Under the pieces are notes generated by a model, which made no database searches, was not told where the DNA came from, and saw only the letters and a list, made by a program, of their open reading frames with translations. A stretch of 64,000 bases of DNA from Craspedostauros australis (lineage: Eukaryota), in NCBI GenBank assembly GCA_030167865.1, contig JALAGF010005628.1, positions 1 through 64,000 of the forward strand, in the 5' to 3' direction. Below are positions 1 to 12,500 of the stretch, one piece after another. Numbering within the stretch: position 1 is the first letter of the stretch; each line of letters starts with the position of its first letter. The position numbers and the translations under genes are program-made.

Positions 1-356
1 ACCGCAGCTTTCAACTTAACCCTTTACCGTTAATGACAGTCCCAACTCATGTCCCACAGCACACTCGTCCGAGCGGAGTAGTACCTTGGTTCTTGCCGAC
101 TGATGACACCATCGGGCTTCCGAAGGGTTTGTCCAACACGACACGTTGGTCGTGTTGTGAATTTTTCTTTTCCATTTTTTACGTTTCGAAGCACAATTTT
201 TGGTGTTGTCGTTGTGGTTGCGCCTTGAAAACGCGATTTCCGACTGATTGCAACACTCATCCATTTCCCGAATCGTGCAATTCTCATGTTGTATTTGTAT
301 TAAATGGTTTATTATTCCTGCAAAATGCCTGGTGTTGTCCAATTGTTGTTTGAATT

Positions 357-497
357 TGTCAGTATCGTGAGTGTGCGGTGTGTATGATGTGGTGCTGATG
401 ATGGATTCAAGACTACGGAGCTGTGATGTTGTTTGTTGTGTCAGCTGTTGCTGCTGTCAATGACATCTGTCATTGTACATGTGTACAGATGCCAATA
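357..497 (-). repeat. 3' LTR of the copia element (~141 bp)
   Basis: On the minus strand it follows a GGGGG polypurine tract (498-502), starts TATTGGCA and ends ...TACTGACA. It aligns colinearly with 6345-6481 at roughly two-thirds identity by eye. Confidence 0.75.
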
Positions 498-3400
498 CCC
501 CCATGCTTGTGGTAGCTAGCGGAAACAATTCACTCTGTCGTACAGAGAAGACTGGGATCACCGCACTACACTGGCGGCATTCACTGGCGAACGTAGAATG
601 ATGGAATACATCCCATGAGTAGGTCCATATGTCAAAAGAACATAATCACATGCATCTGCTTGTTGCACAGATCTGAAGCATTGGGGTTGGATGACACATT
701 GGCAATGAGGATGAGATCTCTGTCCACTGAATCGCAGACCGCATATGTGTGTATATCAATATGCCTGGAGTTCCTTGGCAGTTGGTTGGCGGTTGCCATC
801 ATTCTGGCGCCTCAGTTGTCCTTGTAGATAAGTATGGCATGCTGTTGGCGCATGCTGATCTTGTCCAGGATGGACCGAAACCAGAGCACCATATTGCCAT
901 TGTTGCTGGTGACAATGAACTCGGCTTTAGAGGTAATGAGAGAAACAGTGGGTTGGACACAGGTTTTCCACGCAACAGCAGGGCTGCCAAGAAGCAACAC
1001 AATGTCTCTGGTGAATTTGCAATGCTTTGTATTGGCACCCCAATCGGCGTCCATGTATACATGTAACAAAGTTGCCTGCATGGTGGCCTGGTCCGTTGGG
1101 CTGTGGCGCTTGTTTTTGGCAGGCAAGAGGTGTTTCAGTGCTGGCACATCTGCAAGCTGCGGAACAGGAGACAGTTGCCAGTAGGTGATCCCAAAGTCCC
1201 TGGTGGATGCAACATACCTGAAGAGGTATTTGACAGCTTTGTAGTGTACATGTGCAGGGTTCATCAAGACTTGGCTCAGCTTCACCACAGGGAAGGAGAT
1301 GTCAGGGCGACAGGAAACCATGGCCCAGATGAGCTTGCCAACGGCTCAGTGGTAGCTGAAGGACTTGGATTGCAGACCATAATGCTTGGTTTCCATGTTG
1401 GGTAAGACTGCCTGATCCAATTGCCACACTTGCCCATTGTCTGTGCGCATGGGTAGGCATTGTGTAGACTTCAATCCATGCCAATCGTGTCACTTGAGCA
1501 CCTTGTCGGTGTATGTGGAGCAGTGCACATTCACATGTCGTCGGGCCTGAGTGAGATCCAGCCTGTTGTAGTGTGCAAACAGACCGTACCAAGTGATGGG
1601 ATGGTTCAGCCGAGCATCGAGCATGTCACAGAACTCCTTGTAAAAGGTCTCATCCGTGGTTGCCACTGCAAAGTTATCCACCTGCCAGGGCACTTACACA
1701 TTGTGGGTGCTAAGGTTTCCAATGTGCAAACAAGGTGCTTGAGTTGTTGCAGTGAACCCCATGTCCTTGAGTAGCCAATTGGCGTGCAGACTCCACTGTA
1801 GCGGTGCTTCAGGATGCTCTGTAGATTCTTGAAAAAGCACAACCATGTGTTGACCCAGAACAACGTCATGCTTGTGCTTCCACCAGCTGCGGAACTGATC
1901 ATCGATTTGCATGTAGTGACCTTGTGCGCTGGCAGGCGCTTTGGCGACTGCATTCGCGATGTCAGCTCCGTACACGAGCAGTCCTTGTACTTCAGCAATG
2001 GCCACCAAGATGTGGAACTCCGTGAGGTCGGGAGTAGCAGCGTATGTATGACCAAAGATGTGCACATTGCCTCCCCAGGTGGACCCATCACAAATGGCAC
2101 AAGCTTTTTACAGTTGCTCCCATGTGTCTTTACGACGCCGAACCAAACCCAGTTGAAGACTGCCGTGCCTGGTCGTGCCTCAATGGGCTCACAGAACATG
2201 CCTTGGTGATGACATTGCTCCATTTTCTGGAGTTTGACTTGTTGCTCCTCATCTCAATCATCGCACTGGAGCAGTTTGCGCCAGGTGAGCTTTGGAGCAG
2301 CCTCCACTTGACATGCAGTTGGTGAGATGTGATCGAGGATGGGGCCGATATGCCCAAGTTGGTCAAAGTACATTTGTGGAACACCGTGCTGTGTGATGGA
2401 GTTGCGAACATTGTCAAATGCAAAGACCACGTTGCTCGCATCCAGTACAGCCTGGGTGAAATCCGGCAGCGAGCGGATATCATGGTCGCCGATGGCCAGC
2501 AAGTAGGCGCTCTTGAGCCAGAATCTCCACCGCAGAATGCGCGCTGCAGTCGAGCTTGGCTTGCATTGTGTGAGATGCAGATGCCCTCAGAGCTCATCAG
2601 ACACAAATTCCAACCCTGCAGTTGGAATGTTGTCAGAGAGGTGGATGTGCTCATGGAATACCCTTTGGTAGGGATCCACAGTCATGCGCATGATGTAGGC
2701 ACTGTCAACACCGTCAACAGAGCATGCTGCTGCAGCTGCATGGAGCATGTCATTGTCATGCGTACTGTAGTTGGCACACTTGATAGGAAGGCATATGACC
2801 ATTCGTCTTGGCTTTCTCAGCACCTGAACCATGTATGCCATTGCCATCGTGAGACAGTTGAAACCCAAGGTTGAGCAGAAGTTGTAGTCCTGGCGGACGT
2901 TCATGGACAGAGAAGTGGGCCTCATCGAAGATCAGGTTGCCAACGATCTTGATACGCCCCAGATCCAAGTTGAAACATTCCTGGAGCGAGGGTGTGGCAG
3001 TATGACCAACAAATATGCCGTTGTAGGTGTGGATGTCCAGCTTTGCGGCAGGATGGCCAGGCTTGCACACAACCACTCTGGAACCAAGACTTGCAGGTGG
3101 CTCAGGTTGGGCTTGACGCCATGCGGAAGCTGGTATGGAGTGGTGTTAATGATGGAGTGCCAAAGCCTATTCTTGACATACACTGCATGTGCAAGGGTAC
3201 GAACCTGGAACTTGGGATGCAGGTGTTGGCGAGTACATCAGTGATCTGGCCATCACACCAAAGGTGCGGTTGAGTCCCTCAACCTTGCCATTCATCCAAG
3301 CGCATCTGGCCCCAGTGGGTTCGAGAGTGTATCCCGCAGACCGGACGACCTCCTGGAAGGCACTCGATCATGCAAGCTCGCCACCAGTGTCGACCCTCAC

Positions 3401-6334
3401 CGCCTTGCAACCATCCTTGCAACCAAACTCATGAAGCAGGTTGGAAAATATGTCCACAGGTGGGGACCTGGTCTTGGTAGGGGAACTCCTAAGTGTACCA
3501 AGTGCACACATCAGTGACAAGAAAGTACAAGTGTACCCTTCAAGAGGCTGGACCACCTGTTCAACTTGGCAGAGTTGCGCGATGACTCCTGTCCATACTG
3601 AAGATCGGACGACCACATGAAGACTTAGTCAGCATGGAATCTTGCGCCAGTGGAGGGAACAGGGCTGCCATCTTGGGGTCCTTGAGGATCTGTCTGACAC
3701 TGGGCTTGGCTGCATGTAGCACAATGCTGCATTGGATGTGCACAGTGGCGAGGAGGCCTGAAATACCAGAACAGTGCATATGGAGCCACTTCATGTGCGA
3801 CATACCAGCGCAGCCCAGGCACAAATGCCAGAGCTCCGCACTGAGTGCAGGCGGTGCACGCTGGACAGCGAACGCAGCCAGCTTGACGTCACCATTGGTA
3901 TTGAAGAAGTAGAGTCCATTGCGACGACTTATGGGCACATCAATGGAACAGCTGCGGCCATGGAAGGAGAGAACAACCCCTGATGGACCGCCATGGAGCA
4001 CATAGCACACAAATTCATTGTCCTGCTGGCGAACAATGGCCTGCAACAAGACAAAGTCTCAGCCAGATCAGGGCAGAGCATTGTGTTGGCCTAAATCTCT
4101 CCACCACACAAGCTGGGAATGGTGAGAGTGCTTTCTCTCTGGCATACCATACAGGTCGCACTGGCATTGGCTGCAGCCAGTGGGACAACATTGGTGTACC
4201 ACTGATAGTCTTGGAGGATAGACCAGTCAGGCGCACCACTGACGTTTGCGCAAGGATAGCATTCCCCCATATTGTCTATAGGGTTCCATGCATGCACCGT
4301 ACTTCCAGAAGATGGGGCAAGTGAACAGCACAAGTGTGGGCAACTACAAAGGTGGCCAGCTTCGACAGAGTGATCTCTGGAGGGACAGACTGTGTGAGTG
4401 AGGGCACTTCATCAAGTGAATGTACTGCCTGTGTCCTGCTAGTGCATGGTGATAAAATATGCCGTTCGTCAAGAATTGTGCCCGATCCTGACCAGCGGGC
4501 CAAAATCGTGTTTAAGGGCATCCTGAATCGCATCAGACAAGATGAGATCAGAGAAGTCGCCGTCACCATGGTTCCTGAAGCGCTGTAGAGCATGAGCAGT
4601 TGCCTTTGACCTGTTGCAACCAAAGTGGGTGCAATAGCTTTTGTGAATCTTGTTGGCCTCGTCAGGATGCTCTTGCACAAAGTGCATGAGATGGGTGGTG
4701 CGCCCAAAGGCTTTGCACATACATGCCTTGTATCCCATGTAGCAACATGCTTCACAGAAGGCATCCAGATTGGGCTTGTAGAAGGTATTGTGCCGCCTGT
4801 GTAGCCAACTGTTGTCCTGTTGGTCGCCTTGTCTGCCACAACTACTGTGGGTTTGAGTGCAGTGGGCCTTGAGTGAAACAGCACTGCCAGGGGGATCTAC
4901 AATTCTTGGGCAAGCTGCTCGACATGCAGATTGAAAGGCAGTGCCTTGGGCGATGTCACAGTGCGCAGCATGGTGTGGGAATGCTCCAGCGTGTACCCGT
5001 GCTCACGCAGATCCTCGAGAGAGATAGGACTCAGGTTGAGGTTGGAGACAGAGCGGTGGAAGACGAGTCCCTTAATGTGCGGGAAGCCAAGCAGCTTCAT
5101 AGCAAAAACTCAACAGAGCCTTCAAAGGCCAGCTTAGAGTTCACATGCTGCTGCGCAGTGTCGAAAGCATCGGTGAGCACTTTGTGGAGGAGCATATACG
5201 CAGAGAGCTGGTGTTGTAGGACATCAAAAACTGCTAGCATACTTGAGCCGGATAGTGGGATGGTCAGGATTGATGATTCCCTTGCCCTGGAGCTTGTCTA
5301 ACAGCTTGCAGCTCGTGGAGAAGACACAAGAGCCATGGACGTTCCTGGGAATCACTGCTGTGCTGGGGTACAACAAATCCAATGAGCAAAAGTAGACATC
5401 CACCAATGCCACAGCAGCATGGAGCTGTGTGTACCACAAGAAGACTCGGTCGAGTGTATCATCCGCAACTTTGATCTGCTGTCAATCCCGCGCCTGCGGT
5501 GCACCGAAACAGAGCAAATCGAGGGCATCACCAATGGTGTAGCAATTTTGCTGACAGAGGGCAGGGGTGGAGTTCGCCACTGTGTAGGAAACACCAGACC
5601 CAGCAATGTAGCCGAGCTCAAATGGATCTTGGGAAGGAATGGTGTCCTCACCAGGGACAGAAAATACTGGCCTTGTGGAGAAAGCGCAGGGGACATGGCA
5701 TTGGCGAGTTTGGCACAGCCACAGTTGGTAGCCTCATCAACAGGGGCGTCACCATTGGCAGGAGCCTTGGAAACCTGGCATCACTGTCAGCGGTGGTGTC
5801 AACTGCATCAAACATGGGAACTGATGGTGGTGCAGTGCACATTGATGGAGTGATGTCGTAGGCATGCAGAACAGTGATGGAGTAGCGCATAAAATCATGG
5901 AACTCGCAGGCCTGGAGGTTGGTGACCCAATCGTCATTGTTGCTGTTGTCTCCACAAGTGTGAAACCACAATCAAACTTTCCACATGCCATGGCTGTGGA
6001 CAAGACTGCCACCCCAATGCACCAATTGGGCATGGAAGAAGGCATCATCATTGTTGAGAAAATTGTAGAATTCATGGTTGGTGGTGGTCTTGTTATCGTC
6101 TCACATGAGGGGAACCATGTCCAACTGAGCTGCTCAGAGATGAGGCAGGCATCAACAAGAGCATGCACTCCATGCTATCATTGTTGGAAGCCATGATGAA
6201 TGGAAGAAAGAAGCAAGAACAGAGAGTATGGGGCAAAGAGGTTGAGGGAAGATATTGTGAATGCAACAGAATGTGATGTCCCGAAATACTTAGGAAGAGA
6301 GGAAGTAATGATAGACTTATGTGAAGCATGAAAA

Positions 6335-6344
6335 GGCCATAACC
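6335..6344 (-). promoter_or_regulatory. Primer-binding site GGTTATGGCC (copia-type, internal initiator tRNA-Met fragment primer)
   Basis: Lies immediately internal to the 5' LTR and resembles the GGTTATGGGCCC PBS of Drosophila copia-type elements. Confidence 0.75.
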
Positions 6345-6481
6345 TTTCAATATTGTGTGAGTGTGGTGTGTTTGAGATGGTACTATTGGCAGATTTAGAG
6401 TATCGGAGATGTGATGATCTCTGTGGCAGCTGGTGTGCCTCCATCAGCGTCTGTCATCAGACGGAAGTACGCATGCCAACA
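6345..6481 (-). repeat. 5' LTR of the copia element (~137 bp)
   Basis: Starts TGTTGGCA on the minus strand, ends directly before the PBS, and is homologous to 357-497. Confidence 0.75.
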
Positions 6482-7181
6482 AGCGAGTTGCAAAAGCTGA
6501 ACACAACAAATTCAACAAAAATACGCAAAAATACGCTAACTTCGACCAATTCGTGCTATCAGAATCTGCATTTTGGCGCACTTTTGCAGGCTACATCATC
6601 CAAAACAAGAAAAATTTATGAATATGATCGCTTTCGAACGCCTGATGTGACGTCACGACACAGAATTGCGGGAAGACATCCACGAACAGAAGAGAGGGGA
6701 CGGAACGCATCGATGATAAAAACCTGTCGTAGTGACACACAGGATGGTATCGCATTCTGCTGTCGTGGTACCTGGCACCGTCAGAGACGAGAAACGACCA
6801 CACGAGTTTGGAAGGAAGAGTCACTAAAAACAAGCAATTTGGTTACCGCTCCCCCCACTTTTGATGACGTCGTTGGTGTCTCAACACATGTCGCAAAAAA
6901 GATAAGTTGCAATCATTTCGGAACGGAGGAATAGTACGAAGACGAAGACTTCTTCCAAGAATCCTCGTGTTGCTAGCAAGGCAAATAACAACCTGCACGG
7001 TGCAACCCAAGTGGAATCCACACGCTCAACGCATCACAAAGCAACTGTTGGAGCAAGAGTCTCAAACGCCATCGCAAACTTCTTTGGCGGAAGTGGAGCC
7101 AAACACGCCTCAAACAAGAAAGGTGCCAACGTGAAGACAGCATCAAAGAATACGGAACAACGTCAAAGAACACCGAGAAAG

Positions 7182-7709
7182 ATGACAGCTCCAAGACACA
7201 ACTACGGAGGCCATGCCAGTGGCCAGAATGCCCAGTACTGGCAACAGCAGCAGCGGTCGCAGCCACAGCAAAATGTCAACCAGATATCGGAGCTGATAAC
7301 GTACGCAAAATGCAATTACGAGGAGAATCCCACGGAGGCACTCGGGGCGCTGATGGAAGCCATGAAGCTCAACAGCGGTCAGGAGGCCGTCAACCGTGCC
7401 ATGCAGCTGCTGCAGCAGGAGCTCGGGGACGAGGTGGCACAACATGTCTCATCGAGGCACCTGCGAATGCGCAGGGCCGTGGAGCTCGTGGAGGAATTGA
7501 TGGCGGACGAATCCACCTTTCTTCATCAGCGCGGGCAGCAAGATTTGCTGCGTCAGGCCATGCAGGATGGATCGTCCGTGGTGTGCAGTCGCTGTAATGA
7601 TGTGCTTTCGGCCAGCCGGTGGCAACAGCATCAGCAGTACTGGTGTTCGGCGATCGAAAATGATGGTGGCGATGGCGATGATGATTCGGACATGGATCAA
7701 TCTGGTTGA
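7182..7709 (+). CDS. Small protein with C-terminal C2HC zinc finger (175 aa)
   Basis: First in-frame ATG is at 7182 (the track start at 7011 is GTG). Q-rich N-terminus, helical middle, and C-terminal DGSSVVCSRCNDVLSASRWQQHQQYWC (C-x2-C...H-x4-C), resembling a plant/algal C2HC finger family. Confidence 0.75.
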   Translation: MTAPRHNYGGHASGQNAQYWQQQQRSQPQQNVNQISELITYAKCNYEENPTEALGALMEAMKLNSGQEAVNRAMQLLQQELGDEVAQHVSSRHLRMRRAVELVEELMADESTFLHQRGQQDLLRQAMQDGSSVVCSRCNDVLSASRWQQHQQYWCSAIENDGGDGDDDSDMDQSG

Positions 7710-8373
7710 ATTGGATGGATTGGATTGGATTGGATTGATAGCATCTGAGGGTTGCCTCAACTATAGTGCATCTATCATGCACACAGGAATGAACAGATAG
7801 TGGAGAGTTTATGCCGAACTCTTCGCTTCCGCCAAGATAGCAGAAAGATTGAGCAACCCTTTGCCCTTCAGCTGCTTTACTTGACACAGCAGAATAAATG
7901 GACAGGTTCTGAAAATACATCGTATGCGCTTGACGATCGATTCCGGACCTCCTCTCCTCCCCCGGGCAACCAAGATCGAGCAAAGCATGAAGCACAGTAG
8001 ATCTTAGCCAACCACAGCTCCACGAAGTAGAGTCGAATATAATAGTAATGAGAAAGCCACAATGAAAGCCAATTGAGTACATTCGCTCTACTCCACCATA
8101 TTCAATATATATAATAGAATAATATAATGTATGTTTGTGCATGGTAGGAGTATGTGCACAAGTTACCTGGTCTTGTCCTGCGCTGCTGCACAGAAGAAGA
8201 GAGGCGTGGACACGTCCGAGTACGGGTACCGTCTTGAATGCTACTGCTCATGTGCGCACAGCACAGTCAATCGCCGCGTTTCGATGCGTTTCGTTTCTCG
8301 AAAGATGCAGAGGTCGGCGAAAATCCACACACAGCCAAGAAACGAAGAAACGAAGCGCCAGACAACTGCGAAA

Positions 8374-8424
8374 ACAATCACAAACACAATCACAAACACA
8401 ATCACAAACACAATCACAAACACA
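8374..8424 (+). repeat. 12-bp tandem repeat (ACAATCACAAAC)x4 upstream of EMC8/9
   Basis: Four exact copies read directly. Confidence 0.9.
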
Positions 8425-8563
8425 AAACGACAGACGCACAAATCTACTCTTCCTGCACAATTGAACTGGGCTGGAACTCTCTGGAGACCGCAAGCAGGCC
8501 ACAAACCAAAGCACAAAGGAGACAGCTACCACCACGACCACCATCACCACCATAAGAACGACA

Positions 8564-9142
8564 ATGAAGGTCACAGTCTCCTCCAAGGCATTCAGCGCCA
8601 TCAGTTTGCATGCCATCAGCCACCCCTTCGGTGCCGTCCACGGCGTCTTGATTGGAACCATCGCCTCAAAGAAGTCCGTCACGGTGGCGCACGCTGTGCC
8701 CGTCTGCCACGAGACCCCCACGAAGCCACTGCTCGATGCAGCCTTGGCGATCATTCAGGCCAAGATGCCCAAGGGCATGGCGATCGTGGGTTGGTACACC
8801 GCGCCAGAGCTGGTGGCAGAAGAACCATCCTTCAATCCCGTGGCGCTGCGCGTCGCCGCCAACCTCAACGATGAGGGGATCCTAATGATCGTCGACAATC
8901 AAAAGCTGGGGTCGTCGCTGAAGGGCGAAAAGGAGGCATCGGCCGATCAAGTGCTGAATGCGTTCGGGAAAGACTTCGGATCGCAGTGGAAGGAGCCGAT
9001 TCCGGATGTGACAGTGGAGGATGGCGCGAAGACTATCCAGGCAGTTCGGCAAATGCAACAATCTGGAGGAGGTGGCATGAAGGTTCTTGATTTCGTGGAT
9101 CATTTGGAGAATGAGGCCACATCAGAATGGTGCACTGTATAG
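8564..9142 (+). CDS. EMC8/9: ER membrane protein complex subunit 8/9 (UPF0172, MPN-like fold), 192 aa
   Basis: Motifs KAFSAISLHAISHPFGAVHGVLIG, VAHAVPVCH, IVGWYTA and terminal VLDFVDHLEN...W match the EMC8/9 family pattern. Intronless. Confidence 0.85.
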   Translation: MKVTVSSKAFSAISLHAISHPFGAVHGVLIGTIASKKSVTVAHAVPVCHETPTKPLLDAALAIIQAKMPKGMAIVGWYTAPELVAEEPSFNPVALRVAANLNDEGILMIVDNQKLGSSLKGEKEASADQVLNAFGKDFGSQWKEPIPDVTVEDGAKTIQAVRQMQQSGGGGMKVLDFVDHLENEATSEWCTV

Positions 9143-9549
9143 AGAGTACGAGCATAGAGATGGAGAAGTCATTTGGCCAACAATTACATTACGCAATAGG
9201 TATACTCCGAGAGCACTCCCCTCTCTTCTCCTCTGAAGCATCATACTTGATTCGTACGTAGCCGTCTCCGTGTTCAACCTTGTTGTGACTCTCTCTCTTC
9301 AGATTGTAGCGGCTGTTCCAGGACGGCATCGTGCTTCTACGCACGTCCTACTGGCATTGCGACCAGTGCATGCAGCGACTCATCAACCCACCATTCACAA
9401 TGCACCCGCCACTATTATCGTACGAGTATGGTACTAGTGTAATGCTAGACTGCCTTAGTCGTACGTATGCAAAGATGATACTTACATAATGGAACATGAC
9501 ATGCGTGGCTCTCTGGCTCGTATATTACAATAGGTCGTACATGCTTCGA

Positions 9550-12500
9550 TTATCGTCGGTCACCGCTGGGTGGCTTTCGGCTATCTGAAAACCCGCCAGG
9601 TTTTAAGATGATGAGCTGCACGCTGACATCTTGGACGACGATCTCGCCGCTTCGGAAGCGCTGCATGGCAAGGTCGGCCGACTTGCTGTTCTTGAAGCGG
9701 ATCAGACCGCAGCCTTTGCCATTGGAGGCGACAGCGGCCTCGTAGATCTCACCGAACTGCTGGAACGTCCTCGTCATGATGTCGGCCGTTGCTGTTTTTC
9801 GCATGCCGGTCACAATCAACGTCGTCACTGGAATATCTGTGGCCAGCTGCAAGCCGAGGATCGCAGCGCATTCGTGGATGGCGCGAGATGCGTCGTCCGG
9901 ACCAAGCACACCATGGCGGACGCTTGCGACCATCTTGTTCAACGTGCCTTGCATGAACAGCCGCCTGGTGTGCGAGTATTCGGAGGAGTGACAGTATCAT
10001 GGCCATTGTCATCGTTACGGGGAGAATGCAATACATGATGGTACGAGTGTTCACGAACGCGTGCAACAAGAAGCAGAGGCGAAACAAAGCAAATGCGTTT
10101 GGTGAGTGAATGTCTCGCAACGAGTGCAACGAACGGGCAAAAACTAATGCACACCAACACGCAGTCTTTCTCTTCGTTGCGACCCCCCTTTTGCACGTGC
10201 GAACATATCGAGAGTACTCGCGGGCGATAACCACGACAATTCCAATAGACACACGCCACGCGATTGCACATACCTCTCTTCAACCGTGGTATCTTCTTTG
10301 CGCTTCAACCAGTCCGTCACCTCTCCCAAAACTATGGCTTCAATCTCGATACCACTCATGGCCGATCGTCCGAATTTCGATCCGCTTCCTCCACTACCAG
10401 CAAAGAAGGACTCGCTGCCGGATGGATCTGTCGCACCATTCAGTATGAAAGAAGACGAGGCTGTCGTCGTGGAGTTGGTGGCGGAGGTGTAGTAGAAGGA
10501 ATCATCATAATGATCATCGATGAGGGCCTTCGTCATGGCCTTGCTCATCATACCATCGAAGCCGGCGAGGTTGCCTTCGACGTCCTTCCTCATCTTTTCC
10601 ATGTTTTGATCCTTGTACTGATCGAACTCGTCGGCGAGGTTGTGGGTAGCATCCGCCTCATCGTCTCCGGAATCTCCTTCCATGGCGCCGCCGGCAGAAA
10701 GCAGTGACTGGCTTGAAACCAAGGATTCGCTTGGAGAGATGATGCCGGAATTGCGATCGTTGAGGCGATTGGCCGGCGTGATGAGGTTGTGATCGTGATG
10801 CATGCCGGTGGTGTAGTACTCATCTTCGTTGGCACCGTAAAGCGAGACGGGCCCTGGGCGAAGCTGCAACGGTGGCTGCCCCTGCAGGCCGGGTATCTTG
10901 GAACCAGGAATCCCATGAGGGTGACCATTGGTGCCACGGTCGTTTCCGTATGCTCCGCGATCTGGGAGCTGGCTGCGCTCGGATCTGGGAGCGTCTAGCG
11001 ATTGGTATTGCCCGTCCTTCCCCATCCTTGGCTTGCCAACGTCGTTGCCGACCTTGTCATGCCCATTCGCGCTTCCGTGAAGTGCGTTGCTTTGGAATTG
11101 TTGCTCGCGACGTCGTTTGCGGCGGCGGTAGCAGATCAGCAGGACGACAAGGAGGATAGCACCCACGACAACAGCGACTACCACGACGACAGTGTTGCTG
11201 CTGCTTGAAGTCGGTGGTGGCGGTGGGATTTCGGTAGGCTCGGAAGAGTCTGATTCTGAAGGCGACGTGCTTGGCCACTGGCTCTTCATCCGGGTTGGTA
11301 GACCTGTCGCTTCCACCGGCATGGTCGTGGGGATGCGTGATGGCATGGACGATGGCAGCGTGCTCGGTCTCGCTGAGGGCTCGAACGAGGTTGTTGGGCG
11401 CTCGCTCGGCTGCACTGTTGGCTTCTGGGACAGGGTCGGTTGGAGTGTTGGCGCGTTCTGGAATCTTCGTGCAGGCTGGACTTCGGTGACGTTGAGCCCC
11501 AGTGCGCTGAGATCCTCTGCGATGCGGTCCAGGTTGTCGTTGATGAAGGATTGGAAGAGGTCTGGGAAGTCAGTCACATCAACATGCAGCGACTTGTAGG
11601 ACATGATGAAATCAACCTCGTTTGCAAAATTGCCCGCCAGCGCCCGTTGGTTCTGAACGCCACTTGCGATCTGCATATCTTCTCCATCGCCCGCACTGCT
11701 GTCGAAATCGATGTCATCGTCATCGTTGGAGGCATCATCAAAATCTCCAAGTATGTCATCTGAAGGATCTATGCGATCCTTGGGGTGGTAGTAGGAGAAT
11801 GGGCCATGTTCATGTTCGTCTTCCAGCTGATTGGTCTCATCGGTTTGATCGTCATGGTCTCCTGTTGAAAGGATCTCATCGGAATTCGTGTATTCACTTG
11901 GATCATGGAAATATTGACTTTGCTGTCGCTGCTGCTGTTCCTTGTGGCGGTGATCGTGACTGCGGAGGTATCTCCCGCGCTGTTGCTGTTGTCGTTGCCT
12001 GCGTTGTGTTCGTCGACGTTGTCCAAGGATAGTTTGAAAGTCGATCTCACATGTCACGTTGACTCGTCCGACGAGTGTCGCGCCTTCCGGAGTTAGTATG
12101 GGTTCAGTTGCGTTCCCATCTTCATCGACAGGAAGGTCAAAGCCCGTGAATTCGAAGGTGTAGCGTTGGTATAGCGTCTCAAATCTGATCTCTTCTTCCT
12201 GATCGAATTTGCGCCCAACCAGGACAGCGAAGCTCTGGCGGAATTTTTGCTGCGACTCGATGATCACCTCGAATGTGGGTTGAATCGTGGGATTCTGTGA
12301 CGGTTCCTGCGATGGCTCGGCCGACGGTGACAAAGATGGTTCCATGGACACGCTTGGTACCGAGGACGGGGCCGGGCTTGGTGCGACGGATGGCTCAATT
12401 GACAAGGACGGTTGATGCGAAGGAACAGCTGACTGGGTGGGATGGACCGACGGGGCGAGCGATTGAGTGGGAAGAGAACTTGGCAGGAGACTCGGCGAGG

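Larger units (their letters stand above)
357..6481 (-). mobile_element. Degenerate Ty1/copia LTR retrotransposon (gag-PR-IN-RT-RNaseH order), many stops and frameshifts
   Basis: Minus-strand fragments in copia order: GAG-pre-integrase LWHLCLG (~3820), integrase VRVDTGGELA (~3390), RT TYAATPD / QVDNFAVA (~2040, ~1680), CRPDISFPVVKLSQ (~1300), RNase H YMDADWG ... AVAWKTCVQPTVSLITSKAEFI ... IYKDN (~820-1060). Flanked by homologous LTRs with PBS and PPT. Confidence 0.93.
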
